A stretch of 64,000 bases of DNA from an uncultured Actinomycetota bacterium (GTDB lineage: Bacteria; Actinomycetota; Actinomycetes; JAHEKZ01): NCBI GenBank assembly GCA_963726575.1, contig CAVSCR010000007.1, positions 193,948 to 257,947 on the forward strand, given 5' to 3'. The notes beneath the pieces were generated by a model. It ran no database searches and had not been told where the DNA came from. It worked only from the letters and a program-made list of their open reading frames with translations. How positions within the stretch are numbered: the first letter of the stretch is position 1; each line of letters begins with the position of its first letter. Shown here one piece after another: positions 28,849 through 40,226 of this stretch. Both the position numbers and the translations under genes were made by a program.

Positions 28849-30585
28849 GTGGCCGACACCACAAAGCTGACCGCTGACGAACAGATGCTCGCTGAGCTCG
28901 GCTACAAGCAGGAGCTGAACCGCTCCTGGAGCGGGTTCTCCAACTTCGCGATCTCGTTCTCGATCATCTCGATCCTCGCCGGCTGCTTCACGACGTTCTA
29001 CTTTGGTTGGGACTTCGGTGGCCCGGTCGTCATCTCGCTGGGCTGGCCGTTCATCTCGTTCTTCATCCTGCTCATCGGGTTCTGCATGTCCGAACTCGTT
29101 TCGGCCTATCCGACGTCCGGCGGCATCTACTGGTGGGCGAGCACGCTCGGGTCGGTCAAGGCCGGCTACTACACCGGGTGGCTGAACCTGGTCGGTCTGG
29201 TCGCGATCGAAGCATCCGTCGCGTACGCGGCCGCGCAGTTCCTCGACTATTCGCTGTCCCACTTCAGCACCGCCTGGGCCAACGGCTGGCCGTTCCCAGA
29301 CTCATGGGGGCCGGGGACGACCGGCGCGATCCAGCGGGACTTCTGGATCTTCGCGCTGATCTTGGTGCTTGTGACGCTGGTGAACATCTTCTCCAGCCAC
29401 TTGCTCGCCGTGTTCAACAACATCTCGGTGTGGTGGCACGTGGTCGGTGCCTCCGTCGTTGTGCTCATCCTCTGGTTCTTCCTCAAGCCGGGTGCCAACC
29501 ACTGGAACGCCAGCGACGTGTTCACCTACCGGGTCAACAACACCGGCGGCTTCTTCCACGGTGGAACCAGTGGATTCGGTTTCTGGTTCATGGTGATCCC
29601 GCTCGGCTTCCTGCTGACGCAGTACACGATCACCGGCTACGACGCGTCGGCCCACCTGTCCGAGGAGACCAACTCGGCGGCCGACTCGGCGGCCAAGGGA
29701 ATCTGGCGAGCGATCTTCTACTCGGCGATCGGCGGCTACATCCTGCTGCTGACCTTCCTGTTCGCCGTCCAAGACCCTGCGGGCGTCACTACGGGGTTCG
29801 GATCCGTCACCCTCATTTTCGACCAGGCTCTCACCCCGCACCTAGCGGGCTTCGTCCTCCTGATCGCCACCATCGGTCAGTTGTTCTGCACCACCGCGTG
29901 CCTCACCTCGGCCTCTCGCATGCTGTTCGCGTTCAGCCGAGACGGCGCAGTGCCGGGAGCGAAGTACTGGTCGAAGCTGAACAGCCGGCGCACTCCGGTC
30001 AACGCGGTCATGATCGTCGCAATTTGCGCCTTCATCCTGACGATTCCCGCGTACTTCCCGGTCAACGTCGGCACGGCTGATGCGCCGGTCTTCAGCGCAA
30101 CTGCGTTCTTTGCCGTCGTATCGATCGGTACCCTCGGTCTCTACTTGTCGTTCTCCATCCCGATCTACTACCGGTGGCGCAAGGGCGACGCATTCAAGCA
30201 AGGCTCGTGGAACCTGGGTAGCAAGTGGAAGTGGATGGCGCCGCTCGCGATCCTGGAGATCCTCATCACGTCGGTCTACTTCATGATGCCAAATGCTGTT
30301 GGCGGCACCCCTTGGTTCATGCGAGGTCTGCTGCAGGCGCCGAGCACGTCCGAGGTTCCGTTCGACTGGCGCTTCGTCAACTATGCACCTCTCGTGATGG
30401 GGGCGATCTTCCTGGCGCTCTGGATCGGCTGGCATGTGTCGGCCAAGCACTGGTTCACCGGGCCGAAGCGGACCGTAGATCTCCCAGCCGGCGTCACGTC
30501 GGCGGACGAGATCGCGCTGGAACACCACGACCAGGGCTTGCTGCCTGGCGAGCACCACCGGCACGAGGACCCGCCGGCATCCTGA
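28849..30585 (+). CDS. APC-family amino acid/amine permease (GABA/choline transporter-like)
   Basis: LGYKQELNR, NFAISFSIIS, YPTSGGIY, GYDASAHLSEET, FAFSRDGA. Confidence 0.93.
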   Translation: MADTTKLTADEQMLAELGYKQELNRSWSGFSNFAISFSIISILAGCFTTFYFGWDFGGPVVISLGWPFISFFILLIGFCMSELVSAYPTSGGIYWWASTLGSVKAGYYTGWLNLVGLVAIEASVAYAAAQFLDYSLSHFSTAWANGWPFPDSWGPGTTGAIQRDFWIFALILVLVTLVNIFSSHLLAVFNNISVWWHVVGASVVVLILWFFLKPGANHWNASDVFTYRVNNTGGFFHGGTSGFGFWFMVIPLGFLLTQYTITGYDASAHLSEETNSAADSAAKGIWRAIFYSAIGGYILLLTFLFAVQDPAGVTTGFGSVTLIFDQALTPHLAGFVLLIATIGQLFCTTACLTSASRMLFAFSRDGAVPGAKYWSKLNSRRTPVNAVMIVAICAFILTIPAYFPVNVGTADAPVFSATAFFAVVSIGTLGLYLSFSIPIYYRWRKGDAFKQGSWNLGSKWKWMAPLAILEILITSVYFMMPNAVGGTPWFMRGLLQAPSTSEVPFDWRFVNYAPLVMGAIFLALWIGWHVSAKHWFTGPKRTVDLPAGVTSADEIALEHHDQGLLPGEHHRHEDPPAS

Positions 30586-30598
30586 CGGTTCGAGATGC

Positions 30599-30634
30599 TC
30601 TGAGGGCTCAGACCTACGGGTCTGAGCCCTCAGA
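30599..30634 (+). terminator. Strong hairpin after permease
   Basis: 16-bp perfect stem TCTGAGGGCTCAGACC / GGTCTGAGCCCTCAGA with cUACGg tetraloop. Confidence 0.75.
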
Positions 30635-30667
30635 CGTTTCGCCGACCAGGCGTGGCACGATCGCCGC

Positions 30668-31849
30668 ATGACGTCGGGACCTCTCCAGGAACGCGTGGTG
30701 GCCACCGGCATCGGTGGCGCGGACGTCTCCGGCGACGGCCTGGCCATGACCGACATGGTCTTGAACATCGGGCCGCAGCATCCGTCGACCCATGGCGTCC
30801 TTCGGCTCCGGCTCACCCTCGACGGCGAGCGCATCGTGAGAGCCGAGCCGATCATCGGCTACATGCACCGCGGGGCGGAGAAGCTGTTCGAGGTCCGTGA
30901 CTACCGCCAGATCCTCGTACTCGCCAACCGGCATGACTGGCTGAGCGCCTTCAGCAACGAGCTCGGCGTGGTGATCGCCGTGGAGCGGATGCTCGGCATG
31001 GAGGTGCCGGTCCGCGCGGTCTGGGCGCGCACGTTGCTCGCCGAGCTGAACCGCGTCCTCAACCACCTCATGTTCCTCGGCTCCTACCCGCTCGAGGTGG
31101 GAGCGATCACGCCGGTCTTCTACGCCTTCCGCGAGCGCGAGGTGATCCAGGCGGTGATGGAGGAAGCGTCGGGCGGGCGGATGCACTACATGTTCAACCG
31201 CGTCGGCGGCCTGCGCGACGACCTGCCGAACGGATGGCTGGAGCGCACCCGTGCGGCGGTGGCACTGGTCAGGGAGCGCATTCCACAGCTGCAGCGGCTG
31301 ATCTTCGGCAACGAGATCTTTCGGGCGCGGACTCGAGGCGTCGGCATCCTCGCCCGCGAGCAGATCGAGCAGTACGGCGTCAGTGGCGCGATCGCGCGCG
31401 GCTCGGGCGTCGACTTCGACCTGCGCCGCGACGAGCCGTACCTCGCCTACGCCGAGCTGCGCGACGTCCTGCGGGTACCGCTGCGGACCGAGGGCGACTG
31501 CCTGGCCCGGTTCGAGGTGCTCATGGAACAGGTCTTCGTGTCCCTCGACCTGGCCGATGCGTGTCTGGACCGGCTGAGCACCTTGCCGCAAGGTCCGATC
31601 AACACGCGGCTGCCCAAGGTGGTCAAGGCGCCCGAGGGTGCGACGTATGCGTGGACGGAGAACCCGCTGGGAATCAACGGCTACTACCTGGTCTCACACG
31701 GAGAGAAGACACCCTGGCGCTTGAAGCTGCGCAGCGCTTCGTTCAACAACATCCAGGTACTGACGGAGATGCTGCCGGGTCAGATCATCCCCGACATGGT
31801 GGCGATCCTCGGCTCGATGTTCTTCGTCGTGGGCGACATCGACAAGTGA
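30668..31849 (+). CDS. nuoD: Stand-alone NADH-quinone oxidoreductase subunit D
   Basis: [45 protein letters not shown]; no other nuo genes nearby. Confidence 0.95.
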   Translation: MTSGPLQERVVATGIGGADVSGDGLAMTDMVLNIGPQHPSTHGVLRLRLTLDGERIVRAEPIIGYMHRGAEKLFEVRDYRQILVLANRHDWLSAFSNELGVVIAVERMLGMEVPVRAVWARTLLAELNRVLNHLMFLGSYPLEVGAITPVFYAFREREVIQAVMEEASGGRMHYMFNRVGGLRDDLPNGWLERTRAAVALVRERIPQLQRLIFGNEIFRARTRGVGILAREQIEQYGVSGAIARGSGVDFDLRRDEPYLAYAELRDVLRVPLRTEGDCLARFEVLMEQVFVSLDLADACLDRLSTLPQGPINTRLPKVVKAPEGATYAWTENPLGINGYYLVSHGEKTPWRLKLRSASFNNIQVLTEMLPGQIIPDMVAILGSMFFVVGDIDK

Positions 31850-31852
31850 GCG

Positions 31853-32419
31853 TCACGCAACGGACTGCGAGCGCGCCTCTGCGTTGGCCAGGTCGACGAC
31901 GTGACGCGCCGGCTTGGGTTCCTCACCGCTGACGACGACCTCGGCCATACCCTCGGCAGCGGAGACGTCGGGCAGCTCATCGATCGGCGGCGCGACGACC
32001 GGAGGTTCGGCGAACGCGGCGCGCACCAGTGGCAGCTGCAGCGACGGGTACACCGGCTCGGGAAGGGTGACGACCGGGACGATGAAGTCCTCGAGCTGTT
32101 GACTCATGCGTGCCAACTCGACGCCGAGTGCGAGGTTCAGCTCGCGCAGCGAGGCCAGTTCGCGACGCACCGCTGCCAGCTCAGACCGGTGCAGCGACAC
32201 CGCACGGGAAGACTCGCGCGCTGCGCGTCGAGCACCCGACCAGGCGATGAAAGCCGGCACGAGCACCAGGATGGCCAGCCCGGCCATGACCCAGCGCAAC
32301 TGCGTCAGCGAGTCGACGTACGTCGCCGCGAGAGCCAACGCCACCGCGAGCAGGACGACGAGAACGAGCCAAAGAGTCCCGGTGGACGGCTCCCGCCGCC
32401 GAGCGTGTGCACCAGCCAT
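31853..32419 (-). CDS. Hypothetical membrane protein with coiled-coil
   Basis: Two N-terminal TM helices followed by heptad-like region; fills the gap cleanly. Confidence 0.7.
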   Translation of the reverse strand: MAGAHARRREPSTGTLWLVLVVLLAVALALAATYVDSLTQLRWVMAGLAILVLVPAFIAWSGARRAARESSRAVSLHRSELAAVRRELASLRELNLALGVELARMSQQLEDFIVPVVTLPEPVYPSLQLPLVRAAFAEPPVVAPPIDELPDVSAAEGMAEVVVSGEEPKPARHVVDLANAEARSQSVA

Positions 32420-32491
32420 GCGCGCAGACTACGCCGATCGGGGGACGATCGACGCCTGAAGCCGAACGTTTGGTCCCCCATTCTGGCCGGC

Positions 32492-33001
32492 TCAGGCCGA
32501 CGGCTGCGCCTGGCCGTCTCCTGCGGCCGGCCGGCGGTCGCCCACGCCGGGGCCGTCGGATGGCGGCTTGACGCGGCAGGCCCGTTCCAGCAGGTAGGCA
32601 CCCACCGTGGCCAGCGCGGCTGCCAGCGCCGCTGCCCCGGCGATGAGCAGCACATGGCGTCGGTAGTCGTTCTCGAAGTCGAACAGCAGGTAGCCGGCGA
32701 ACCCCAGGTAGACCCCCGTGAACACGGCGCCACCGACGCATCCGGCCTTGGCCATCATGGCCGTCCGGGCGGCCACCAGCGGGTCGAGCGGACGCGCTCC
32801 GGGGTCACGCCGCAACCGGGGCTTCAGCGTGATCTCGGCGACGAAGAAGGCGGCCGCGATGCCGGCCAGAGTGATGGGCGCCGCCCACGGGACGGTCGGG
32901 ATGCTGCCCGTCCACGCCGTCCACACGTCGACGACGCCGAACCCGAGGCCGCAACCGATCACGGCAAGCAGGACCAACGTCATGGGGCGGGTCGGCGTCA
33001 C
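32492..33001 (-). CDS. DUF3180 membrane protein
   Basis: DPLVAARTAMMAKA, LLERACRV; standard position after folK. Confidence 0.9.
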   Translation of the reverse strand: MTPTRPMTLVLLAVIGCGLGFGVVDVWTAWTGSIPTVPWAAPITLAGIAAAFFVAEITLKPRLRRDPGARPLDPLVAARTAMMAKAGCVGGAVFTGVYLGFAGYLLFDFENDYRRHVLLIAGAAALAAALATVGAYLLERACRVKPPSDGPGVGDRRPAAGDGQAQPSA

Positions 33002-33504
33002 GGTCCTACCCATTCGTCCACCCACTCGCGGGCATACCGGCGCACTCCGGAGTCACCCACCTCGGACAACCAGTCGATCACCGGACGCCCCGCGATCTGC
33101 GCGTCCGGCTCCACATCGATCCACGGCACCAGCACGAACGCTCTTGCGTGGGCCAGTGGATGCGGCAGCGTCAGGTCTGCATCGGAGAGTGTCACGTCAT
33201 CCATCACGACCAGGTCGATGTCCAACGTGCGCGGGCCCCAGCTCACGTCCCGCACGCGATGCGCCGCGTCCTCGATGCCTTGCGCAACGTCCAGCAACTC
33301 GTGCGGCGAAAGTGACGTGTCCACCGCCACGGCGGCGTTGAAGAAGACTCCTTGCTCGGGTCCGCCGACCGGATCGCTCTCGTACAGACACGACACGGCG
33401 ACGACGCTGATGTCGGGGTGACGAGCCAGCGACTGCACGGCAGCCTGCAGGGTCGCCAGGCGGTCGCCGAGGTTGCTCCCCAGAGCGAGCACGGCGCGGG
33501 TCAT
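32998..33504 (-). CDS. folK: 2-amino-4-hydroxy-6-hydroxymethyldihydropteridine diphosphokinase
   Basis: LALGSNLGDR, FFNAA, WGPRTLDIDL, LPHP, RAFVLVP. Confidence 0.97.
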   Translation of the reverse strand: MTRAVLALGSNLGDRLATLQAAVQSLARHPDISVVAVSCLYESDPVGGPEQGVFFNAAVAVDTSLSPHELLDVAQGIEDAAHRVRDVSWGPRTLDIDLVVMDDVTLSDADLTLPHPLAHARAFVLVPWIDVEPDAQIAGRPVIDWLSEVGDSGVRRYAREWVDEWVGP

Positions 33505-33866
33505 GCACGGCTCCGAGTGACCGTCACCGACACGTCGGCCACACTGACCGCGACCGGCGCCTGCGGCTTGTGCACCGTGACCTCGACCACCGACACACGC
33601 GCATCCACGAGCACCAGGTCGGCGATGCGCGCCGCGAGCGTCTCGATCAGGTCCACGGGGTCCCGCTCGACCGCCGCCACCACCTCACCGGCGAGGCCGC
33701 CGTAGTCGAGGGTGTCCGCGAGGTCGTCGCTTGCGGCTGCCCCCGACAGGTCCAGCCAGGCCGTGACGTCGACCACGAAGGGCTGGCCTTCGCGCCGTTC
33801 GTGGTCGAGGACGCCGTGGAATCCGAACGCGTCGATGCCGAGCAGCTGGACCCGATCCGAGGTCAT
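33501..33866 (-). CDS. folB: Dihydroneopterin aldolase
   Basis: GFHGV..ER, GQPFVVD, TLDYG, LIETLA, VHKPQAP. Confidence 0.96.
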   Translation of the reverse strand: MTSDRVQLLGIDAFGFHGVLDHERREGQPFVVDVTAWLDLSGAAASDDLADTLDYGGLAGEVVAAVERDPVDLIETLAARIADLVLVDARVSVVEVTVHKPQAPVAVSVADVSVTVTRSRA

Positions 33867-34732
33867 GGGCCGACCTCGGCCGCGGACATGGCCGCGGCAA
33901 CGCGCGCCGCGTCCAGGCTGCTGCGGACGTCGTGGACCCGCACCCCCCACGCGCCGGCCGCAGCCACGAGGGCCGAGACGGCAGTCGTCGCGTCCTCGCG
34001 CTCATCCAGGGGGCGAGGATTCCCGGCAGGGTCAGCGAGCAGCTCGCCCAGGAACCTCTTGCGCGAGGCGCCGACCAGCAGTGGCTGTCCCAATGCGTGC
34101 AGCGGAGCGAGGTTGGCCAGCAACGGCCAGTTGTCCTGCGGCGTCTTGGCGAATCCGATCCCGGGGTCGAGCACCACGTTGCGCAGGTCGACGCCGGCTG
34201 CGGCAGCGCAGTCGAGCCGCTCGCGCAGCTCCTGCACAACTCCCTCGACCACGCCCAGGGGGTACTCGGTGCGGGCCATCATCTCGGTGCTGTGCCCCCG
34301 CCAGTGCATGAGCACGCAGGGCACGTCAGCCGCCGCCAGGTAGGCGAGCATCTGTGGATCGGCGAGACCACCACTGACGTCGTTCACCAGTACCGCCCCG
34401 GCGTGCACCGCGGCCTGCGCGACCTCGGCACGCATGGTGTCGATCGAGACGGCGACGCCCTCGGAGGTCAGCGCCGACACGACGGGGACGACCCGGGACA
34501 GCTCGACGTCGACCGGAACCCGGGCCGCGCCGGGCCGGGTCGACTCGCCACCCACATCGACGAGGTCGGCGCCCTCGTCGAACAGCTGACGTCCGCGTTC
34601 GATCGCCGCCTCGGCTGCGACGTAGCGGCCGCCGTCACTGAACGAGTCCGGCGTCACGTTGACGACGCCCATGACGACACACCGGTCCAGCTCCGCGATG
34701 CGGCCGGGGAGTCCACGTGGTGTCTGTCGCAT
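33863..34732 (-). CDS. folP: Dihydropteroate synthase
   Basis: VNVTPDSFSDGG, GGESTRPG, DPGIGFAK, SRKRF, RVHDV. Confidence 0.97.
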   Translation of the reverse strand: MRQTPRGLPGRIAELDRCVVMGVVNVTPDSFSDGGRYVAAEAAIERGRQLFDEGADLVDVGGESTRPGAARVPVDVELSRVVPVVSALTSEGVAVSIDTMRAEVAQAAVHAGAVLVNDVSGGLADPQMLAYLAAADVPCVLMHWRGHSTEMMARTEYPLGVVEGVVQELRERLDCAAAAGVDLRNVVLDPGIGFAKTPQDNWPLLANLAPLHALGQPLLVGASRKRFLGELLADPAGNPRPLDEREDATTAVSALVAAAGAWGVRVHDVRSSLDAARVAAAMSAAEVGP

Positions 34733-34760
34733 GGCGAGAGCCCGTCGGGTCCCTTCCGGG

Positions 34761-35375
34761 TCAGCGACCGTCGAGAATCAGACTCATCGCCTCGGCGCGC
34801 GTCACAGCGTCGCGCATCTGACCCCGCACGGCCGACGTCACCGTGCGGGAGCCGGGCTTGCGGACCCCACGCATCGACATGCACAGATGCTCGGCCTCGA
34901 TCACCACGATCACGCCTCGCGGCACGAGCAGCTCGACCAGGGAGTCCGCCACCTGCGTCGTCAGACGTTCCTGGACCTGTGGCCGGCGGGCATACACGTC
35001 GACGAGGCGGGCGAGCTTGGACAGCCCCGTGATCCGTCCGTCGTCGCTGGGGATGTAGCCGACGTGGGCGACACCGTGGAAGGGCACCAGGTGGTGCTCA
35101 CAGGTCGAGTACACCTCCATGTCCTTGACCAGGACCATCTCGTCGTGGCCGAGGTCGAACGTGGTGGTGAGCACATCTGACGCACTCTGCCGGAGCCCGG
35201 CAAACGTCTCGGCGTACATCCGGGCGACGCGCTCCGGGGTGCCGAGCAGGCCCTCGCGGTCAGGGTCCTCCCCGACTGCGATCAGAAGCTCACGCACCGC
35301 CGCCTGCGCCCGCTCGGAGTCGAACGGGGGCAGCGAGTCACGCTCTCGCGCCGGGAAGGCGATCGGATCCACCAT
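34761..35375 (-). CDS. folE: GTP cyclohydrolase I
   Basis: [36 protein letters not shown]. Confidence 0.97.
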   Translation of the reverse strand: MVDPIAFPARERDSLPPFDSERAQAAVRELLIAVGEDPDREGLLGTPERVARMYAETFAGLRQSASDVLTTTFDLGHDEMVLVKDMEVYSTCEHHLVPFHGVAHVGYIPSDDGRITGLSKLARLVDVYARRPQVQERLTTQVADSLVELLVPRGVIVVIEAEHLCMSMRGVRKPGSRTVTSAVRGQMRDAVTRAEAMSLILDGR

Positions 35376-35378
35376 CGG

Positions 35379-37430
35379 CTAGGACTCCGACGGGTCGGCG
35401 GCCTCGGTACCGGACTCGCCGGCCGACGTCAGCTGTTCGGGCCCGGCATCAGCGGGCTCCCCTGAACCACCGTGTTGCCCGTTCGCACCGCTGGACCCGT
35501 TCGAGCCGTTGGAGCCGGCGTTCCCCGTCAGCGCCTGGTTCTCCTTGGGTGTCAGCACCGGACCCTGGTCGGAGACCGGGCGCGACGTCGCCGACAACCA
35601 GACCGCACGAGGAGTGCGCTTGCGCAATGGCTCGAAGATCGTGGCCACCTGCTGCTTGTCGAGCGTCTCCTTGTCGAGCAGGTCAAGGACGAGTGCGTCG
35701 AGGACGTCGCGGTTCTCGACCAGGATCTCGTAGGCCTCCTGATGAGCCGCTTCGATCAGCCGTCGGACCTCACCGTCGACGGTCTCGGCCACACCCTCGG
35801 AGTAGTCGCGAATGTGTCCCATGTCGCGGCCGAGGAACACCTCGTTCTGCTCCTGACCCAGTCGGATAGCCCCGACCTTCTCGCTCATGCCGTACTGCAT
35901 CACCATGGCCCGCGCGACGCCGGTCGCCTTCTCGATGTCGTTGGCAGCACCAGTGGTGGGGTCGTGGAACACGAGCTCCTCGGCCGCGCGCCCACCGAGC
36001 ATGTAGGCCAGGGTGTCGAGCATCTCGTTGCGCGTCGTCGAGTACTTGTCCTCGTCGGGCAGCACCATCGTGTAGCCGAGGGCACGCCCGCGAGGCAGGA
36101 TCGTGATCTTGTGAACCGGTGCGGTGTGGTTGAGCGCCGCCGCCACCAACGCGTGGCCGCCCTCGTGGTAGGCGGTGATCTTCTTCTCTTTGTCATTCAT
36201 CAGACGGCTGTGCTTCTGCGGGCCGGCTACGACGCGGTCGATGGACTCGTCCATGACGTCGTTGCTCACCAGCTGCTTGCCCTGACGGGCAGTCAGCAGC
36301 GCGGCCTCGTTGAGCACGTTGGCGAGATCGGCGCCGGTGAAGCCGGGTGTTCGGCGGGCCACCGCGAGCAGGTCGACGTCCTGGGCGAGCGGCTTGCCCC
36401 GCGCGTGCACCTGAAGGATCTTGTGGCGGCCGTTGAGGTCGGGCCGTTCGACCGGGATCTGACGGTCGAACCGGCCAGGACGCAGCAGCGCCGGATCGAG
36501 GATGTCGGGGCGGTTCGTCGCAGCGATCAAGATGACGCCGCCCTGGACGTCGAAGCCGTCCATCTCGACCAGCAGCTGGTTCAACGTCTGTTCGCGCTCG
36601 TCGTGGCCACCGCCGAGCCCGGCGCCGCGGTGTCGTCCCACGGCGTCGATCTCGTCGACGAAGACGATGGCCGGTGCGTTCGCCTTGGCCTGCTCGAACA
36701 GGTCGCGCACGCGTGAGGCACCCACGCCCACGAACATCTCGACGAAGTCCGAGCCGGAGATGGAGTAGAAGGGCACCCCTGCCTCGCCGGCGACCGCGCG
36801 AGCCAGGAGCGTCTTGCCCGTTCCGGGCGGCCCGTACAAGAGCACGCCCTTGGGGATCTTCGCGCCGACCGCCTGGAACTTGGCCGGTTCCTGCAGGAAT
36901 TCCTTGATCTCCTGCAGCTCCTCGACGGCCTCCTCGGCGCCGGCCACGTCGGCGAACGTCGTCTGCGGCATGTCCTTCGTCACGACCTTGGCGCGGGACT
37001 TGCCGAAGTTCATGACCCGCGAGCCGCCGCCGCCCATCTGGTTCATGAAGAAGAAGAGGAGAAGGAGGATCAGCAGGATCGGACCGAAGGTGACCAGCAG
37101 GGTGACGATCAGGCTCTGCTGCGGCACCTGCGACACCTGACCGCCTGGAGGCGGAGTGTCCTGCAGGGCCTTGACGATCACCGGACCCTGCGCGGAGATG
37201 TACTGCGCCTGGACCTTGTCATTGTTCTTCAAGGTGGCCCGCACCTGCTGGTCGCCCTCGATCAAGGTGACCTGCTGCGCCTGGCCGGTGGTGATGTCGT
37301 TGATCACCTCGGAGGTGTCCACCGTCTTGTAGCCCCCGGTGGACGAGACGAGCGAGGCCACGACGAGCAGGGCGACCACGGCCAGCACGATCCACACGAT
37401 GGGGCCGCGGAACAGTCGCTTCAGGTTCAT
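35379..37430 (-). CDS. ftsH: ATP-dependent zinc metalloprotease FtsH
   Basis: Two TM helices, [27 protein letters not shown]. Confidence 0.98.
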   Translation of the reverse strand: MNLKRLFRGPIVWIVLAVVALLVVASLVSSTGGYKTVDTSEVINDITTGQAQQVTLIEGDQQVRATLKNNDKVQAQYISAQGPVIVKALQDTPPPGGQVSQVPQQSLIVTLLVTFGPILLILLLLFFFMNQMGGGGSRVMNFGKSRAKVVTKDMPQTTFADVAGAEEAVEELQEIKEFLQEPAKFQAVGAKIPKGVLLYGPPGTGKTLLARAVAGEAGVPFYSISGSDFVEMFVGVGASRVRDLFEQAKANAPAIVFVDEIDAVGRHRGAGLGGGHDEREQTLNQLLVEMDGFDVQGGVILIAATNRPDILDPALLRPGRFDRQIPVERPDLNGRHKILQVHARGKPLAQDVDLLAVARRTPGFTGADLANVLNEAALLTARQGKQLVSNDVMDESIDRVVAGPQKHSRLMNDKEKKITAYHEGGHALVAAALNHTAPVHKITILPRGRALGYTMVLPDEDKYSTTRNEMLDTLAYMLGGRAAEELVFHDPTTGAANDIEKATGVARAMVMQYGMSEKVGAIRLGQEQNEVFLGRDMGHIRDYSEGVAETVDGEVRRLIEAAHQEAYEILVENRDVLDALVLDLLDKETLDKQQVATIFEPLRKRTPRAVWLSATSRPVSDQGPVLTPKENQALTGNAGSNGSNGSSGANGQHGGSGEPADAGPEQLTSAGESGTEAADPSES

Positions 37431-37574
37431 CGTGGGGGGCGGGGCCCGGTCCCTCCTTCGGACAGCGCAGCCAGGCGGTGGCTCGTTCGTGAGCCTTTGA
37501 CGGTACACCGGCGATCCTGGTGCCGCCGACGCGTCGCCGAAGCGTTCGCGCTCAGCGCAGCCCGCTCCTGCGCC

Positions 37575-38129
37575 TCAGCCGCCGTAGACGTGGGGCGCCA
37601 GGCAGGCCACGAACGGCAGGTTGCGGTACCGCTCGGCGTAGTCCAAGCCGTAGCCCACGACGAACTCGTTCGGGATGTCGAACCCGATGTAGCGAACCGA
37701 TACGTCCACGGCGAGGGCGTCCGGCTTGCGCAAGAGGGTGCAAACCTCGACGCTGGCCGGCCCGCGGGACTCGATGTTGCGCAGCAGCCACGACAGGGTC
37801 AGGCCGGAGTCGAGGATGTCCTCGACAACCAGCACGTGACGGTTGGTGATGTCGCGGTCGAGGTCCTTCAGGATCCGCACGACACCCGACGACTTGGTGC
37901 CGGACCCGTAGGAGGACACCGCGATCCAGTCCATGCTCACCGAGCTGTGCAGGGCCCGTGACAGGTCTGCCATGACCATGACCGCGCCTTTGAGCACCCC
38001 GACGAGGAGCAGCTCGCGCCCGGCGTAGTCGGCGTCGATCTGCGCGGCGAGCTCGCCGATCCGCTGCCGGATCTCCTCGGCGCTCACCAGGACCTTGGCG
38101 ACGTCGTCCTTGACGTCCAGCTCGTCCAC
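37575..38129 (-). CDS. hpt: Hypoxanthine phosphoribosyltransferase
   Basis: [30 protein letters not shown]. Confidence 0.97.
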   Translation of the reverse strand: MDELDVKDDVAKVLVSAEEIRQRIGELAAQIDADYAGRELLLVGVLKGAVMVMADLSRALHSSVSMDWIAVSSYGSGTKSSGVVRILKDLDRDITNRHVLVVEDILDSGLTLSWLLRNIESRGPASVEVCTLLRKPDALAVDVSVRYIGFDIPNEFVVGYGLDYAERYRNLPFVACLAPHVYGG

Positions 38130-38139
38130 GACGACTCCT

Positions 38140-39150
38140 CTAGCTGCTGGTGTCAGCCTTGGCACCGATGTAGAGCCTCCCACAGCGGCGATGAACCGTG
38201 ACGCCTCCGGGAAGGCTGGCCGGACCCTGCCCACGCCACGACGTCACCAGCGCCTCCATGGTGGCGATGTGACCGCTGGCCAGCGAGCCGCCGGGAACGC
38301 CGGCCTCGAGCGCGATCTGTCGCAGCACCCGGGTACGGACGGCCTCCGGGACGTCGGCCAGGACCTCGACGGACACCCCACCGTCGTCGCATCGTGCTCG
38401 TCGCGCCGTGAGCCCTGCCCACTCGGTCAACGCATCGTCGTCGGACTGGAGCCGCTGCGCGGTCCGAGCCAGCGCGTCGACCACACCGTGGCCGACGGCG
38501 TCGGCCAACGCCGGCAGCACGTTGTGCCGCAGCCGCACCCTGACGAACTGCTGATCGTCGTTGTGGGGGTCGTCCCAGACAGTCAGGTCCTGGGCGACGC
38601 AGGCCGCGCGCGTCTGCTCGCGGCTGATCGTGAGCAGCGGGCGACGCCACAGACCGTCAACGGCGCGCATGCCCCTCAGCGATCTGGCCCCGGCCCCACG
38701 GGCCAGACCCAGAAGCACAGTCTCGGCCTGGTCGTCGCGGGTGTGGCCCAGAAACACTGCGACCGCGCCGAGTCGGTGCGCAGCCGCGGAGAGCGCGTCG
38801 TAGCGCGCTTCCCGGGCTGCCGCCTCGACCCCACCGCGCTCACCGACGACCACTGCCTCTACGACCACCGGTGCGAGTCGCAGCGCCGTCGCCGTCGCCG
38901 CAGCCGCCGCGGCGACTGCGGCCGAGTCCTGCTGGAGTGCATGGTCAACGGTGACCGCGCCCGCTCGCACGCCGGCCCGGGCCGCCTCGAACGCGACAGC
39001 TGACGCCAACGCCGTCGAGTCGGCCCCGCCGCTGGTCGCCACCAGCACCAGCGGCTCGGCGTCGTGACCGGCTGTGGGGCCGGTCAGGTCCGACAGCGAC
39101 GCGCGGACGGCGCTGCGCACCGCGGCCACGGCCGGATCGGGCCGGCTCAC
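38140..39150 (-). CDS. tilS: tRNA(Ile)-lysidine synthase
   Basis: PP-loop [29 protein letters not shown]. Confidence 0.96.
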   Translation of the reverse strand: MSRPDPAVAAVRSAVRASLSDLTGPTAGHDAEPLVLVATSGGADSTALASAVAFEAARAGVRAGAVTVDHALQQDSAAVAAAAAATATALRLAPVVVEAVVVGERGGVEAAAREARYDALSAAAHRLGAVAVFLGHTRDDQAETVLLGLARGAGARSLRGMRAVDGLWRRPLLTISREQTRAACVAQDLTVWDDPHNDDQQFVRVRLRHNVLPALADAVGHGVVDALARTAQRLQSDDDALTEWAGLTARRARCDDGGVSVEVLADVPEAVRTRVLRQIALEAGVPGGSLASGHIATMEALVTSWRGQGPASLPGGVTVHRRCGRLYIGAKADTSS

Positions 39151-40226
39151 GGCACTCGACTCAACCAGAGCTGCGGCGCGTGGAGTTCTTCGTGCGACGG
39201 CAAGGCGTCGGGGCCGCTCCAGATCGCGTTGAACCCCGCCATGCCCACGCGGTCGACGACGAACCTGACGAACTTGGCGCCGTCCCGGTACTGCTGGAGC
39301 TTCGCGTCGAGCCCGAGCAGGCGACGGACCAGACCTTCGAGGAACGCCGGGTCGTCACGTCGCTCCTGGAACTTCGCGCGCAACACGTCGACGCTCGGAA
39401 CCACGTCGCGGCCGACTCCATCCATCACGACGTCGGCATGACCCTCGAGCAGCGACATCACAGCAGTCAGCCGGTCGAGTGCGGCGCGCTGTTCGGGAGT
39501 CAAGAGCGTCTGCATGACAGCTGACATGTCGAGGCCGCGCGCCGCACCAGCGAACGCAGACAGGCCTTGCTTCAGCCGCTCGCTGAGGACCCGCGCATCC
39601 AGGTCGAGGCCGTTCAGATAGTCGCCGATCTGGGACCGGAGCCAGGGACCGAGCCACGCGACCGCGCCGAACTGGACGCGATGGGTCTCTTCGTGCAGTG
39701 CGACCCACAATCGGAAGTCGTGCGGGTCCACTCCGAGGCGCTGCTCAGCTGCAACGATGTTGGGAGCCACGAACATCAGCCGAGGTGTCACACCGGGCGA
39801 CGTGAACAACTCGTACTGCCCGAGAACCTTGCTGGACAAGAAGCCAAGGGCTGCACCCAGCTCGGCCCCGGCCAGTCGTGGCAGCGCTGCTGAGCCGCGA
39901 CCCAACCGGGCGCGGGCAATGACCGGATCGATGACGGGCGCCAACCCGTCGAGATTGGCGGCGATCCAGCGCGGCCGGTCGATGACGACGATGCTGCTGC
40001 CGACGCCAGCCGGGCCACCAGTGCCAACGGGCGCCACGAGTCCGGTGAAGTCGCGGACGTGCTCGACGGCTTCGGCCGCGCTGGCATACAGGTCGGTCAC
40101 CGCTCGGCGCGCCTGCGCCTGGGGCACCACTGGTCCACTGCCGGCCAGCCGGTCGCCCACCTGCTGGGCCAACCGCCAGTCGATGGTGACCTCCGCGTCG
40201 TCCCTCACCGCACCATCACACCTCAC
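39147..40226 (-). CDS. Zinc-dependent metalloprotease-like protein (Rv3626c family)
   Basis: VLGQY, LHEETH (HExxH), MSLLEGHA, QYRDG; between dacB and tilS. Confidence 0.9.
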   Translation of the reverse strand: MRCDGAVRDDAEVTIDWRLAQQVGDRLAGSGPVVPQAQARRAVTDLYASAAEAVEHVRDFTGLVAPVGTGGPAGVGSSIVVIDRPRWIAANLDGLAPVIDPVIARARLGRGSAALPRLAGAELGAALGFLSSKVLGQYELFTSPGVTPRLMFVAPNIVAAEQRLGVDPHDFRLWVALHEETHRVQFGAVAWLGPWLRSQIGDYLNGLDLDARVLSERLKQGLSAFAGAARGLDMSAVMQTLLTPEQRAALDRLTAVMSLLEGHADVVMDGVGRDVVPSVDVLRAKFQERRDDPAFLEGLVRRLLGLDAKLQQYRDGAKFVRFVVDRVGMAGFNAIWSGPDALPSHEELHAPQLWLSRVP

